Shown here: one piece after another, positions 27,571-41,672 of the stretch
Layout: every line of letters starts with the position of its first letter
How positions within the stretch are numbered: position 1 is the first letter of the stretch
The notes under the pieces: generated by a model
Seen by the model: only the letters and a program-made list of their open reading frames with translations
Database searches by the model: none
What the model was told of the DNA's origin: nothing
Position numbers and translations under genes: made by a program
Assembly (NCBI GenBank): GCA_049724395.1
Contig: JAUGWO010000023.1
Coordinates: 310,001 to 374,000 of the forward strand
Direction of reading: 5' to 3'
Source: Spongospora subterranea f. sp. subterranea
Lineage: Eukaryota
DNA length: 64,000 nucleotides

Positions 27571-28906
27571 TTATCGTTTTTTTCGAATATACTGGTTGAT
27601 TCGGTCCAGAAACAGTCGCAATTCCCGTCGAAAGTTCTGCTCGGTTGCCGAGGCCAAGCACGGCTCTAGAATTTTACCTTTCAACTCAATCATAATGGCC
27701 ATAGTTTCTGGGCTGGTATATTTATCCTATGTATCAGACATTTCAGCATATCAACGACTCGGCTATAGCGAGCGGTACAATATCGACTATGAATGCCTCG
27801 CAGTTGAAGACAGCGACAAGGAACACAACGCCCTGGAGCACATCCTGCCCGCTCAGATATGAGCTCATCTGCTGGAGAATGTATTGGCCCACCAGCGGAA
27901 CCATTTGATGCCCATCCAAAATTTCGATAACGCGCTCCTCATCCACCTATGAAATCTGTTCACTAGAGGAATCGGTAGTTCAGGTATTGGCTGGGACCTC
28001 TTCGAGATGCCGAGCGACGCTACTCAGATAGTACAGGATAGTGGATTTCTGCATTCCTTCCTGGTTTTCGCTATCAAAAACGAATTCAGATTGGGTCGGT
28101 GATAGGAAAATTTGAATTCTACCAGAATTTGCCATAGTTCTCGGCGTCAATTCCTTGTTGAATTACGTCGTGGCAATGTTTGATTAAACATGGGATGTCG
28201 AGAATTTGCAGCGCCTCGACATGATCGATGGCGCAACGCAGTAGTTGACCACAAGCTATCTCAAATTCCCTACAACTGACCCCAAGAACTCAATACCAGA
28301 ACAAAACCTCCGTTTTCTCCATACGTATCGCTGATTTTCGCTTCCGCCAATCCCGACAGAATAGAAAGTTTCTGAACCGATAATTCATAGCGGAACACTA
28401 TGTTGGGTGTGGGTAGGTCATACTTTAATTTCGCACTGAAATTGGTCCCAGTTCATGACCAACTGCATATAGCCCTGCAGTAATCGCAAGCTAAGGTTCA
28501 GCTTGCCTTCTTCAAGTAAGGCGCGGACAGAAATCTCATCATTTTCCTGATCCCACAGCGTCCCTATATTGTCGTCTCAGCTTCAACCGACGGCACGACA
28601 GTGTTCAGAACCTGACGCTTTTCTGCCAGCTTGTAAGGCGACATTCTTCTCCATCTGCACAGGAGCAGTGTTCTCAACAGCTGCGAATCGCCCAACAGCA
28701 ATAACGTTTTCAGCCATCTCATACCATCCTGAACCCAGTTCAACTGCATTACAGTAAAAAAGATCTCGTCATCACCGACTTGTGGATAAAACGGGGGCGT
28801 CAGTCATCGACGAGATGTTGCACTTTATCTGGCTTTTGATCCGGTCTATACGCTGATCAAGGGAGCTGGTCCCATCCTGGGCGCCATATTTACCCGACCG
28901 GTTCAT
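27571..28906 (-). CDS. Hypothetical alpha-helical protein, multi-exon, poorly captured by the ORF track
   Basis: Spliced reading: MNRSGKYGAQDG...STRWYEMAENVIAVGRF...GTLWDQENDEISVRALLEEGKLNLSLRLL...EIACGQLLRCAIDHVEALQILDIP...VDEERVIEIL...LRLFLDRINQYIRKKR-stop, with GT-AG introns restoring frame. Confidence 0.7.
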
Positions 28907-29665
28907 TGTTCTGGTTGGGGGGAAGAGCCACGTTTTCTGTGATGAGCTGGCGATGATACAAGGTCAGTGTGACTTGGATTAATATTCAATTGCAGATGGG
29001 CGGATTGATCATTGGAGACAGAACGCATTCTTTCGGAGCAAGGTCCGAACCGATATTGCTCTCGAATCAACAAAAACTCAAGGGGCGATAAATGAAGTGG
29101 TATTTTATCCATATTCTCCATAGGAAAGGCTTCCATTGTCAACAATAATACAGCAATAGGGGGAAGTTGTGTTAGAATCCATCGGGGGTTCGTTCGCAAC
29201 TCGCTCGACAATATTTCAGTACGATTATGGTCCTAGAAACTGATAATGCCCTGGGTAGAATCGATAACCGTTGAGGTTGGGGATTATCAGCGATCACCTA
29301 AAATATAATGTGTCGCCCTATATTAAGACGACCCCGTCAAGATCGTGAAGTGGGGAGCGGCGTGGCCCATTATTCGCTGTGTCGCTTGTTATAGCGGTGT
29401 TGGGGTGTTTGGGGTGTTGGGGGTGGAGCAGCCTCTCTATACAGGAATCGTTAATGATGTAATGACAGTATAGCCAGGGGGGGTGTTGGGTTTAGACCGA
29501 TCACATTACGAAACCATCTGTGATCGGGGAAGGAAGATAGGATCGCCACCAAGATTTAGGGAATACGATCGATCCCAGGTCGCCATTGCTTTTCGGAAAA
29601 ATCTTCGACGCTGGGCACAAGCGGGCTGTAGTGCTGTGGCTGAATAATAGAGCCCGGCACCGGCA

Positions 29666-31461
29666 ATGGGAAATGCCCAGACCGGAAACGTCTCTGGCGT
29701 TATCGGCGCCATCGTCGAAGTCCATGGACAAAAATTCAAAATCGAGAAACAGCTAGGTGAGGGCGGATTCGCGGTCGTATTCAAGGTCATTGAGGAATCA
29801 ACCATGAAGCCATATGCGATGAAGCGAATTCTCGCTGCGGTAAACATCTTATGTGCTCGCGTGACCGTGTTAAAAGTGCTTGTGATCAGGATTCGGAGAT
29901 AGCCCGAAACGCTGAGGAAGAAATCTCAGTAATGGTATGCGAATGTATCGACTAAGCTACGCCTGCGACATTGAGACTGAGGGGCAAATTGCTTAGAAAA
30001 CATGTGCATCGCCGTATATCATCAGTTACAAAGCCCATTCAATCGTCAAAAGGCCGAGGAAGGACGGGCATCGATCTCCAACGGAATATTTTGTGATTAT
30101 GGTAGCTTACCATAATTGATGACCAGCCGATAGTTTTCTTAATCTAAATTCTTAGGAATTCTGTCCTGGAGGGACATTGACGAAATATTTGGATGAACTC
30201 CATGGAGTCGTGCTTCCAGAATCGCAGGTTCAAGCCGTTTTGAAAGTTGACAGTGGTGCTAAGGCTTCAATAGGTGTTATCTATCGCAGTAGATATTTGC
30301 AAAGCCGTCAGAGTGCTTCACACACAACCTGTTCCAATTTGCCATCGGGATCTGAAGCTGGACAATATTCTCTTGTCCAGAGAGAAGTTATGGAAGCTGT
30401 GCGATTTTGGCAGTTGTACCACTCGTGTGAAAGCCTATTCGACTAAAGAGGAAATCACTATGGAAGAGGAGTTAATTCAGCAATATACAACTCCATCATA
30501 CCGGGCTCCAGGTTCATAGTTGCCGTCCGTTTACCAATGCTCTGAAATTCATTTCGGCATATTCAGAGATGGCGAATCTATGGCAGCGACGAGTGGTGGG
30601 GCCTAAGGCAGATGTTTGGGTACTCTTGAATTGTACAGGTTTCCAATCAGTAACATTTATTATTCAAGTGTCTAGGCCGTCGGATGTATCATCTTCACAG
30701 TAGCGTTTTTGAAACAACCATTTCAAAGCGGAACAAATTCGTCATCAGTACCCTTCCCGAAAACGTCTCATTTCACCGCCGGGTTCATCAATCTGCTGAA
30801 ACAAATCTTTCAGGAGGAGTACGCTATTTTCATGATCGAAATGTATCTGTTGTTGATTACAGTTATTCCCAGTCCTGATCAGCGTCCGGACATCCTCACC
30901 GTTGTTGACTACCTGGAGGCCTTGCAGCGAGGAGAAACGCCTAAAGTGAAGAAAGTTAACAAGTCCAAAAAAGCCGTTAAACCGCTCCCCGTTCAAACAA
31001 AATCTAAAGAAGAAAATTCTTCATCAGATTCCGAAACGGATTCGTCGGAAAGCGATTCGAGCCAAGAAAAGGAAGTCAATCGAAACAAAAACAACAAAGG
31101 GAAAGCGAAGAAACCGGTATCTAAGCCAAGCAAGCCAGTAGAAGAAACAGATAGTTCACGTAACAGTGAAAGCGATGACATTCCGGCGCCTGCGCGTGAA
31201 AAGTCATCTGGGGCACGCAAGAAGGGAGATTCGGTTGGTTCAACCTGGTCGGCCACATCAGGATCAATGCTAAATCAAGCAACATTTGGCACAATCACCC
31301 CGTCACCGCAGCAGCGACAGGCACACAAGCAAGAGGATCTACTGAAGTCATTCGACCCAATGATGCAATTCAATCTACCTCAGTCCAGTTATGCCCAATC
31401 GAGCAGTGATCAGAAGAAGTCCGATCTATCAAACTCTAATAACGATTGGGTTCACTTCTGA
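29666..31461 (+). CDS. NAK-family (AAK1/BIKE/Ark1-Prk1-like) Ser/Thr kinase, multi-exon
   Basis: LGEGGFAVVF, YAMKR, HRDLKLDNILL, KLCDFGSCT, YTTPSYRAPEM, KADVW, followed by a low-complexity tail ending DWVHF. Confidence 0.9.
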
Positions 31462-31489
31462 CCGAGATCATATAAAGTTATGGTATAAG

Positions 31490-31893
31490 TTAATTAGATA
31501 CTGTTTGCGTGGTTTCACCAAACGAGATGGGTTCCGCTGATGGCGTTTCGAAAATCGGATCTTCGTCGTCTGAACATGTTTCAGTTAGAAATCAATTTGA
31601 CCATACAATATCTACTCGCCTGCATATCCTTGAGACGGTATTTTGAGGACATAGTATATTTGCTGATCATTACCAATGGACAATTCGGTCGGGGTAAGAG
31701 TCTCATTCAGCGGTGGCTCGCCCTCATCCAGGGTACGGTGCAGGCGGATATCGGATCCCGGCTTATCGATTGCCTGGCCTAATCTCTCCTTCAGGTTCGA
31801 TAGCGGTGCCGTCAACGAGCATCGCACAAAAACCGTCTGCGTCTGGCGCTTGACCCTGACGTAGTCTGCCGAGACGCCCAGGTCGGTTGTCAT
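31490..31893 (-). CDS. Elongin-B-like ubiquitin-fold protein, 2 exons
   Basis: YVRVKRQTQTVFVRC...LSNLKERL...DIRL; a 50-bp GC-AG intron (31570-31619) gives the tail DDEDPIFETPSAEPISFGETTQTVSN-stop. Confidence 0.65.
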
Positions 31894-32396
31894 GTGTCGC
31901 AACCCAAGTCAAGACGATTATGACGGGTTGGGCCTTTGGGGGTAACCACGGCGGATTGGTCATCTTGGAATTTTCCCTTCACAATATATGTCGTCATTTC
32001 AAAAATGATCCGGTGTTGGCTAATATCAAATCAACCGAATAGAATGAGACCTCAATCGTTGTATTAATTTTTGCAGCAAATAACTAGCCGATATTTTTTT
32101 TCCTGTGCAATGTTATTGATTGTTGCTAAGACAAATGACATGAGTAAATCGTTTGAGGATTCTACCGATGTCGATTTCGTTCGATCGATTTGAGATCATG
32201 TCAGATATGCGCCAAGCAACATTAGGTTCGTTCACCATTCAAGGTGAATCCTGCACCAGTCAATGTTTACGGCAGGTGAAGTAGTGAACAGGCACTACAG
32301 ACAGGAAGGGAAATTGGGAGACTTATTTATCCAGCAGGCCCTAGATTCGGTTGACGGCTGATCTTGATAGTTCCCGTGCCGTCCGATCCCCCTTAA

Positions 32397-33799
<1,403 letters not shown>

Positions 33800-34449
33800 T
33801 CAAATACTACACCTTGTCTTTCTAAAACAGTCTTTTGTAATCATTGTTTGCAATTGATTGTCGATATATGGCGATGATGAATGGCTGTAAAGCTAACCTA
33901 GGCGAAGTTGACTTGATATTTACAAGTGGTAGACGGTTTGAACCCTGCTATATTAAACAGTCCAAAACGAAGATTTTCGATAAATAACGAAATGGGCATT
34001 CAATGAATCCTGCTCATGATTCAACCTCAACATAGATATACAGGAGTATTGGATGAAACCCCAAACACTATTCGACTTATTTGATTGTTTGTTTGAAGTC
34101 AGAATATATATCTCCACGACGTGTTGGAGAACCTAGGAGTGATTGATTGGGCGGATTCTAAGTCGCAAGCCCCGTTGCTGAGATTATAGGCAAAAAATGG
34201 CTGCCAAAGAAACATCACCCGTCGATAATAGCCAACTTCCGAAGTGACTTGCATGTAGTAATAATAATTCTGGAGATGCCATGGGGGTTTCAAACCCATG
34301 CCTTTACATTGGACAGACAGGAACCAAGCATTATGATTACAGATTTGATTGACGCAGATTGGGTGCAATCGATTGCTGTGTTGTAACTGTTTAATGCATC
34401 TCTGCTGATTTACTTTTGCGTTATATTTGTGGCAACATCTGGAATTTTC

Positions 34450-34730
34450 AATGAAAGTTTATGACGCCAGTTTCTGGTGGAGCAGCATATACTGTTTGCA
34501 ACATCAATTGACAATCAAGGTTGGAGCGCGCGTCCCAAGGAATGAATAGAACCCCCATCACATGTTTCCGATCAGTAAATTGGGCAAAAATTGATAGTTT
34601 CTTATCGAGATGGACACCGAGAGAACGTTTCGTTTGCTCCAACCAACAGTCGGTCAGATTGTACCCATTTGATGCTGGTTTTGACCCAAATCCAAAGTGC
34701 CATATTGATGAGTCAATGACTACCACCTAT
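34450..34730 (-). mobile_element. Possible degraded non-LTR reverse transcriptase C-terminal remnant
   Basis: RSLGVHLDKKLSIFAQ resembles the LINE RT thumb motif (K/R)YLGV.LD..L.F. Confidence 0.35.
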
Positions 34731-35282
34731 GGGATGTCCTCTGATTGTGCAAGCAAACCGACGCCGCAGTAAAATAAGAGTGAACGACGTGGCTTTTGGA
34801 ATCGACATTACTTGAATGAAGTTTACCTTTTGGTTATTTGAGGGAGACTGCCTATCAACTCCGCCAATACAATACAGAACGTGCGCGACCGGTCAAAGGT
34901 CAACTGATTCCTGACTGATCTGAGGTGTTTGTGAGAGGTGATTGATCGAGACCCGGACCGGTCGTCTGCAGTCCTGCACCGCCTCCCCCTCTCGACCACG
35001 TGCACTGCAACCTTGGGGGCGCATCCCATCATTGACCACTGACAGTGTATGTTATTTTGGTGTACATCAGTCTGTTGATTGGCGGACATCGGTAGCGCCC
35101 ACCCGAATCTACCTCTCCAATTCAAGGTCGCTTATCGCCAACAGGCCACTGAGTCCGCGCCGGCTACCTTTTTGTTCGCTGGAAAAGGAATTTCCATCAC
35201 GGCTCCATTACCGAATACCTGGGAAGGGGACGGCCGATGTGGCCTATCCCGCCAGTCTTCACCTTTTTTATATCGTGACGCT

Positions 35283-36928
35283 ATGGAGCTTGTCGCCCGG
35301 GCGCGGCCAGCATCGGCCATCGCTCTGGTCGCCGTGTTATCTCTAAGCGGATTGTTGGCAGCCCCATATGTGCCAGTATGGGTCCTCTTCATTGCCTTAT
35401 TTTCCACCCTCACTTCGGTCTCTGCCACCGTTTTTCTGGCGTTTGTGCGCCGGTCCCATCCTCCTTTGGCGCAAACTTGCCTACCGTTGGCAGTTTGTGC
35501 TGTTGTTTCTAGCCTATTGGTCCTCGTCTACGACGTGCTCATGGTTTGCCATGTCTTACCCAAAAACATTCTATGCAGTTTTATCGCACGATGGGCCGTG
35601 AGCGTCGCATCGTTCGCTTCCGTTATTCCTTATTTTATCCTTGGATGGCGCTTACACGTTATTTTTCATGCTGGCGATACAGAACCCCGCTATGTTCATT
35701 GGATGTACACGATCAGCGACGCCGGGCTCGTTCGTATGTTCTTTTTTGCTATAAGCATTCCAATGCTATTCACGTCGATCGAACCTTTCTTGACCTCGGG
35801 GAAGGTCGTCACTCATCCTACGTATTCCGAATGTGCCGAGGACGGCGCTGCATCGCTTATATTTTTGTTGTTTGGTAATTGCATTGCCCTGATAGTATTA
35901 GGTTTGTTATTCGTCTCAGTATACCGATCGTGTCAAACCTTTGGTATCCACAACGAACTCGGTTTGGTATTTTTCGCTCAGGTATGTTTGATTTTCTGTC
36001 AGTTCTGTCCGAGCCCATTTTCGCTTATGTAGACTGTATTTGTTATCATCTATGTGGAGGCGGCTTTGTATCCATCCAAGTCATATGACCCATCCCATTT
36101 CGTATCTGTGGCTCGTGCATTATCATGTTTTGCGGCATCGATTGCGATTCCATTACGGCGGTCTTTCCAAGTTGTTCCACCTGTGCCCATTGTTCCTCGA
36201 CCCGAGCGCGCCCTGACTTTGTCCGGTATTCTTTCCGACCCGCTTTATTTTACATTCTTCCACGATTTTGTCGCCGCCGACAACGACTGCTGTCTACTGG
36301 AGGTAATGGAATGGAATGTATTGCTCATCGGTAATTAAGATTGTCACTGCAGTTCTTTATTCAAGCCAAGATGTTCCCTGATGAGCGGGACCCCAATGCC
36401 AGATTACGAGACGCCAGACGCATATTCGCCACGTACCTGAAAAGGGATTCACCACGAAGTTTGGCCCTTGACGTCGATTTGAATTCTCCAGAAGTCCAGA
36501 AAATCAACCTTTTGGTGAATGAGAGCACTGGACCGTTGCCAGATGACTTATTTGCACAACCGGCCGCTGACGTTTACCATCAAATGGAGCACTTCACCCT
36601 TCGCCGATTTCGGATGAGCCCTTCGTACGATGCCATGCTTAAAGAAATGCGACGACACTTACTGATCCGCGAGCGACTTTTCTTCTCTGACATGATTGAC
36701 GAGCGCGGCCAGCGATTGACTGTACCTCTTCTAGCTCCTGAACTGTATGGACGCCATAGTCTGAATCAGTCTGTCGCCATATGCTGTGTCATCCTCCAGT
36801 TCACCATTCATCCAGCGCTCTGCTGGCATTCTCTATATATTTTCATACGCAGGCTCTTCATTATTCTATTTATATTACAATACGTTTTCACGTTCGACAT
36901 TGGATGTGCGCAAGCAAGTGTTTGTTGA
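35283..36928 (+). CDS. 7TM-RGS protein, second paralog, multi-exon
   Basis: FVRRSHPPL after TM1, TM helices, QTFGIHNEL, then RGS-like LSGILSDPLYFTFFHDF...FFIQAKMF...ARRIFATYL...LFAQPAADVYHQME..TLRRFRMSPSY. The 3' end is uncertain. Confidence 0.82.
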
Positions 36929-37021
36929 ATCGCGAGTCGCGACTCCTGCTGCACCTGTTCCTCTAGCTGTGTCGTAATATACAGTATATTCGTAATCTTT
37001 TCACTGGTTTATTAACACTAA

Positions 37022-38428
37022 TCAACTGTTGACCGCTTGTGGGTTAAATTCGGGTATGCAAACGAACCTATAGAACATATTGGTAATACGATGGCGTAAA
37101 CCAGACAGGCTTGTATCAGGGCGACCTCGCGTCAGCATATCAGCCTCACGGTCTATCAGCTCACTAATTTCTCGCGTCAACGCGCTGTCGAATCTCTTCA
37201 CAATCCATTTCACGTGCAGCAGCATGTCTAACCGTTCATCAACAGTAACAGACCTCAATCGTAAGGCGGTATGTAATTCATGTAAGTCACGAGCGCGCAA
37301 TGAATGTGGGTCCTGGACGAGAATCTTCTCGCCGTCCGATAACGTCCAGATTTTCGGTGCTGCCATGTTCGTCAAGCGCTGGCGTTCGCCGTTCTTCTTC
37401 ATGATGATGGATGCGGCAAAACGCAATCGGTCAATCGTTTGCAGAAGACGCACTTCCTTGTTAAGAAGTTCCCGCATCAGACGGTGCCTGTCTTTAGAAT
37501 GGTTTTCCGTTGTGCGTTGAATTCGTTCTGTCTCCTGCACGCACCACATTTCCAATTCCTCGAATAGAACTGCAAAATCTTCTGCCTTCTTCGGATGCAA
37601 ACGCTTATTGATTTCAAGATCACGCTTCACACTTTCAGTGGCTTCCAAACGATCTTGCGATTCACGAGTCTGGTTAGTGAGCGTCATTCGCAGATTAAGC
37701 AGTGCTAGTACCCGCCGGCACGCGAACCTGCTTCTCACGAAGCACTGTATTTGAATGATTTTCTGAAGGTGCCTGGCATGAACTTCATCGGCGTCAATGT
37801 AGGTCCTGGTTTGAACCTCACGATCCCTGGATGAATCTAATACGAGCCCTGGCCTTTGCATCTGTGTACCAGATTCTCGTGAGGTTTGAACCGTCCTTGA
37901 CGCCACGTCGATAGTCTGTGTCGTGCGATGACGCTGGTGTGGATCAACAGATTTCCGGTATAGCAGTCGCTCCTGGTCATCCGTTTGCGAGACGCCATGA
38001 TGGAAGGTTCTCCCGGTGAGCCGATTAGCCAACCCTCCTATGAATGGTTTTTCTGCCATTGGACGCTCAATAGCGACACGGATTACTTTAGGTCGAGATC
38101 CGTCCCCGTTATCGTGGTTTACGTCTATTACGTCCTTCCACTGCGACGTCGATTTCGGGGCGCCGCCTCTGAGTTCGTTGTAGACATATATCGCGATGCG
38201 ATTGCCGTTTCCGAGATCTGTGAGGTGTTGGTTGTCTTTAAGATCGCGTCCTTGATATTGCAAGCGAAGTCGGTCTGGTAATGCTCGGATTCTCGTGGCA
38301 ACGCTGGCACGTGCGGCAGCCACGAAGGCATCAGATGGAAAAGTTTCATCGATGCGTAAAGCCTCTGGCATAACGACAAAGTCTACAGACTGGAATCGGT
38401 CTGCCATCATTGCTGATGTCCTGCCCAT
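37022..38428 (-). CDS. IQUB: IQ and ubiquitin-like domain protein (flagellar radial-spoke associated), single exon
   Basis: N-terminal Ubl (LQYQGRDLKD...LRGG), KPFIGG...TFHHGVSQT, RTTQT, IQ motif IQCFVRSRFACRR, RLHPKKAEDF..L..ELE.W, ERLDMLLHVKWIV, LIDREADML.RG, FNP. Confidence 0.92.
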   Translation of the reverse strand: MGRTSAMMADRFQSVDFVVMPEALRIDETFPSDAFVAAARASVATRIRALPDRLRLQYQGRDLKDNQHLTDLGNGNRIAIYVYNELRGGAPKSTSQWKDVIDVNHDNGDGSRPKVIRVAIERPMAEKPFIGGLANRLTGRTFHHGVSQTDDQERLLYRKSVDPHQRHRTTQTIDVASRTVQTSRESGTQMQRPGLVLDSSRDREVQTRTYIDADEVHARHLQKIIQIQCFVRSRFACRRVLALLNLRMTLTNQTRESQDRLEATESVKRDLEINKRLHPKKAEDFAVLFEELEMWCVQETERIQRTTENHSKDRHRLMRELLNKEVRLLQTIDRLRFAASIIMKKNGERQRLTNMAAPKIWTLSDGEKILVQDPHSLRARDLHELHTALRLRSVTVDERLDMLLHVKWIVKRFDSALTREISELIDREADMLTRGRPDTSLSGLRHRITNMFYRFVCIPEFNPQAVNS

Positions 38429-38786
38429 GAGCCCCTTGGCTCGTTTCTTCTTCCGTCATCTGGTGAATCTCATCAACCGACACCTACCTAATCCTGATGA
38501 AAAGATCCCAATAACCGTACATGACGATCGTGTGAATAAACCTTGATATACGTCCGTGCAACCTTTGGTCTCTTCTGACCAAACTTCGGAAATTCAAGAT
38601 ATTGCGAAATTAACCTGGTGGTCCAAGGCCGTTCGCTGAGAATATATCCAGGTTGAGCGAAATAATAACATGCTGATAAGAGCACAACTGGCAATATCCC
38701 CCGAAATTTGGCTGAAGTTTTCGAAATTTATTTGAATGTAATCATAACGGTTCATACCGAAATATCAACTGGATGATCCTTCCAAA

Positions 38787-39101
38787 TCATGATGAAGGTT
38801 CGTCAACTTGGCGATCATTCTTTCCGCCATGCTTTCTCACGTAAGCTTTGAATTCTGTGGCACGGAGATCCGCGAACTGATTGACACCTTGCGAGAAGGA
38901 TACCTCGCCGTTCTCGAAAGCACGGTTGTGCTTATTAATCTGTTCTACATTGTGATTGAAGACGGATCGGCGTTCTGCATCTTCGGCAGGATCAGGGTAT
39001 TTTTTCTTGAAAACTTGTTTGAAGGTCTGCCATCGTTCCTCGATGGGGACGGATTCGTCGATCAGTTCAGCATTAATGCGGTCCGTGTCCGAAATATCCA
39101 T
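38787..39101 (-). CDS. Stand-alone I29 cysteine-protease propeptide-like inhibitor (~104 aa)
   Basis: WQTFKQVFKKKY, ERFNIN pattern [30 protein letters not shown], then a stop with no peptidase domain. A short upstream exon is possible (CAG immediately before the ATG). Confidence 0.85.
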   Translation of the reverse strand: MDISDTDRINAELIDESVPIEERWQTFKQVFKKKYPDPAEDAERRSVFNHNVEQINKHNRAFENGEVSFSQGVNQFADLRATEFKAYVRKHGGKNDRQVDEPSS

Positions 39102-39417
39102 CTGTAGCAACAATGGGTGTTATTTCAGGATCGGCATTTACCACTACACACTAGGTACTGTACCGAGGTACACACTGAAATCATAATCGCTACTCCGTGT
39201 ATGAGAACAGGAGGGGTGACACCGTGACTCACACTCCGGGGAACGGAATGATATTCAACCATACCTGTACCTAATCGATTTGACTTTGCGACAAACATTC
39301 ACTTTTTGAAGTCGTTCAAGAGCATGGAAAAGATATTTTCCAACTCAAATCCGACGTGAACCTAAACATAAATGAGACAGATGTCGAATACCATGCAAAC
39401 GAAGGCTACAGTAAGGC

Positions 39418-40205
39418 TGTCCCATATAAGGCCCCAATTCCCCGATTCGACCCTGAATGCTGAAAAATTGTAGTCTCAGGGGAACCCTCTTCTTCGCACT
39501 GCCAGCATCTGGTCACGCTCATTCTACGAGGTCACGCCCACTACAGGAGGCTGCGCCGCCCTGGAAGCTCACGCAGTAACTACACAGGTTTAATAAGAGT
39601 CCCCTGATTTTAGTGTGTACACACTCATTACACATTCAGAGGCTGCGCACAATTACACACTCAAATCTATTTCTGCTACTGCATATAGAGTACAGTTTAC
39701 ACACTCAATGATCACCGCACGGAGTTACCTTCAAAAAGTTACACACTCAAGCTCATATTCCACTGCAATGACCGAATTACAAAGATTTCTGGTCAGGTTG
39801 TGTCAGATGGCTTTGCAGGCTTCGTCTGGCCCACCTGTGAACCAAGATTTAATTCAACAGATACTTTCTTGTGGGCCAACGTCTCATATGCAGGATGATT
39901 TGATGCAGCACATCCGTGAGAATAACGCCCAGTCTGTCGGTCTGTCAGACCCCTGTGAAATTTCTCACATGCAGGATGGTCGATCATTACAGCACACTTT
40001 TGATGGAAACAGGCTTAGTTTGGACCCCTATGAAAGATAAAGAATCCAAGCCTCTCTGAAAGTAACAGATGTTCCAGCTTTCATGAACTTCAGTCTATTT
40101 CTACCAGCCTTTCTCCAGGGCACCGAGCTCGACATCTGTATCATCCGGGATGATATTCAGATTTGGTCTCTTCCCCATGTTCTTGAACGACTTGAAAACG
40201 TATAC
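39418..40205 (+). mobile_element. Putative LTR plus degraded gag of a Gypsy-like retrotransposon
   Basis: TG..CA-bounded ~215-bp segment with TATAA and AATAA motifs, followed by a broken ORF with TFDG...LPAFLQG...W (retrotransposon gag-like). Confidence 0.4.
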
Positions 40206-40299
40206 GTTTGTCGCAGTCGCTTGGAATAGGAACCAGGGACGCGTCAAAATCGATTTGAGTGAAATGGCGCGGGTTTTGGCAACGATCTGATGGCAACGT

Positions 40300-41672
40300 T
40301 CAAATAGATCCTTGGCAAGGAAAGGAATGTTAATTGGATATAGTCAAACGCAAAAAGCATATCAGCTATGGGATCCGATACAGAACAAGGTTTCGTGTCA
40401 GTAGAAGAGTGAAAGTTATGGAAAATTCGACAGTTTGGAAGGAACCTATACAGAGGAACCAGGAGCGAGTTTGGGGTACAATTTACCAACAAGGCAAACC
40501 AGGAAATGCATCGGAAGACGAAGACGTCAGGAGCACCAATGATCGTCACTTTGAGAACGAAATCGATCAAGTCCAGTTCAACGGTGAAGAAGTCCCAGGT
40601 AGACGAGATGAGACATATCGAGCAAGACGGGGCACCTGTTGTCTGGAGATGTTCAGACGCATGACATAATTCCCCTATCGTCTTGATGGAAGTTTATCTC
40701 CCCAGCCCGTTATAGATCCAGTACGTTATCCACCGATATCGATATACCACTCATCACTCGAAAAACCTGTCTCTGGTCGTAACGATAGGGGTTCGTGAGA
40801 TGCATTTCTGAAAGAATACAAAAAAACATGGAGGATTCAAAAAGTTTACATTCGTTCCCTATGTACCTGAGATCAGACCGATCAAACTAAGATGACGATT
40901 TACAGTGCCTAGAAAGGAAAATAACTGGAATTGGCGATAAATTTAATGGAAGATTGGTGGTCAAGGGTTTCTCCTCTCATTTGATGACAAATGACGTCAA
41001 CGGGTCGTGAAGGGGCTGGCAGCTCAGTTCCAAATGAATGTCATTTATGATCGGGATGAGGGCACCATATTCGCTTAATCAATCCACTGATGTAGTTTAA
41101 CCTGACTTCCTGCCAAGCAACAAAGACCCCTGACCAAGCAGGTTACTATCTGAACAAGATCATGGAGACCAAAGACGAGGAGGAGCGCGCTAGGATGAGC
41201 CTGGTCGATTGAGCTTATTATTCGCTACTCACAGACGACCGGATATATCGACCTTCATTGAATCGCTGTGCCAGACACATATTTAATCCCTGATCAGAAC
41301 ACTAAACAGCCGCAAGTCATCTTGTACACAGGAATATGGCATCGTTTATTCCCGAAGCGAAAACCCCATCATGGCCTCATACTCCGATTAGTGATTAGGG
41401 ACAAGACATAGTCAGTCGAAAATCAACGACAGGATCCGCCAACACAATGGCAAGTTCCCCAATCATCTGGAAGAGTAAACCCTAGTCAACGGTAGCTACA
41501 TCCTCTGTACATGGCCCAATATAATTGGCCCACACTTCTCAACGAGTTAGCTAGACTACAAGGCCGAACAACGTGTTTGGTGACAAACAAGGATGCCTAG
41601 CGATATGCGACAACTCCAGGACAGATTCTCGAACTAAACACATCGACATCAAGTTCCATTTTATCACAGAAT
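40300..41672 (+). mobile_element. Degraded Ty1/Copia retrotransposon pol (integrase C-terminus, RT and RNase H remnants)
   Basis: KGMLIGYSQTQKAYQLWD..VSRRVKVME; SRKSTTG...PIIWKSK..STVATSS; DKQGCLAI.DN...SRTKHIDIKFHFITE; many stops. Confidence 0.88.

Noticed and set aside
29395..29495. GGGGTGTT-type runs as interstitial telomere or G4
   Set aside because: Only 3-4 irregular copies in a divergent promoter region; too short to support a call.
35079..35282. N-terminal extension of the second 7TM-RGS ORF from a TTG start
   Set aside because: A non-ATG start is unlikely in a eukaryote; the first in-frame ATG is at 35283.
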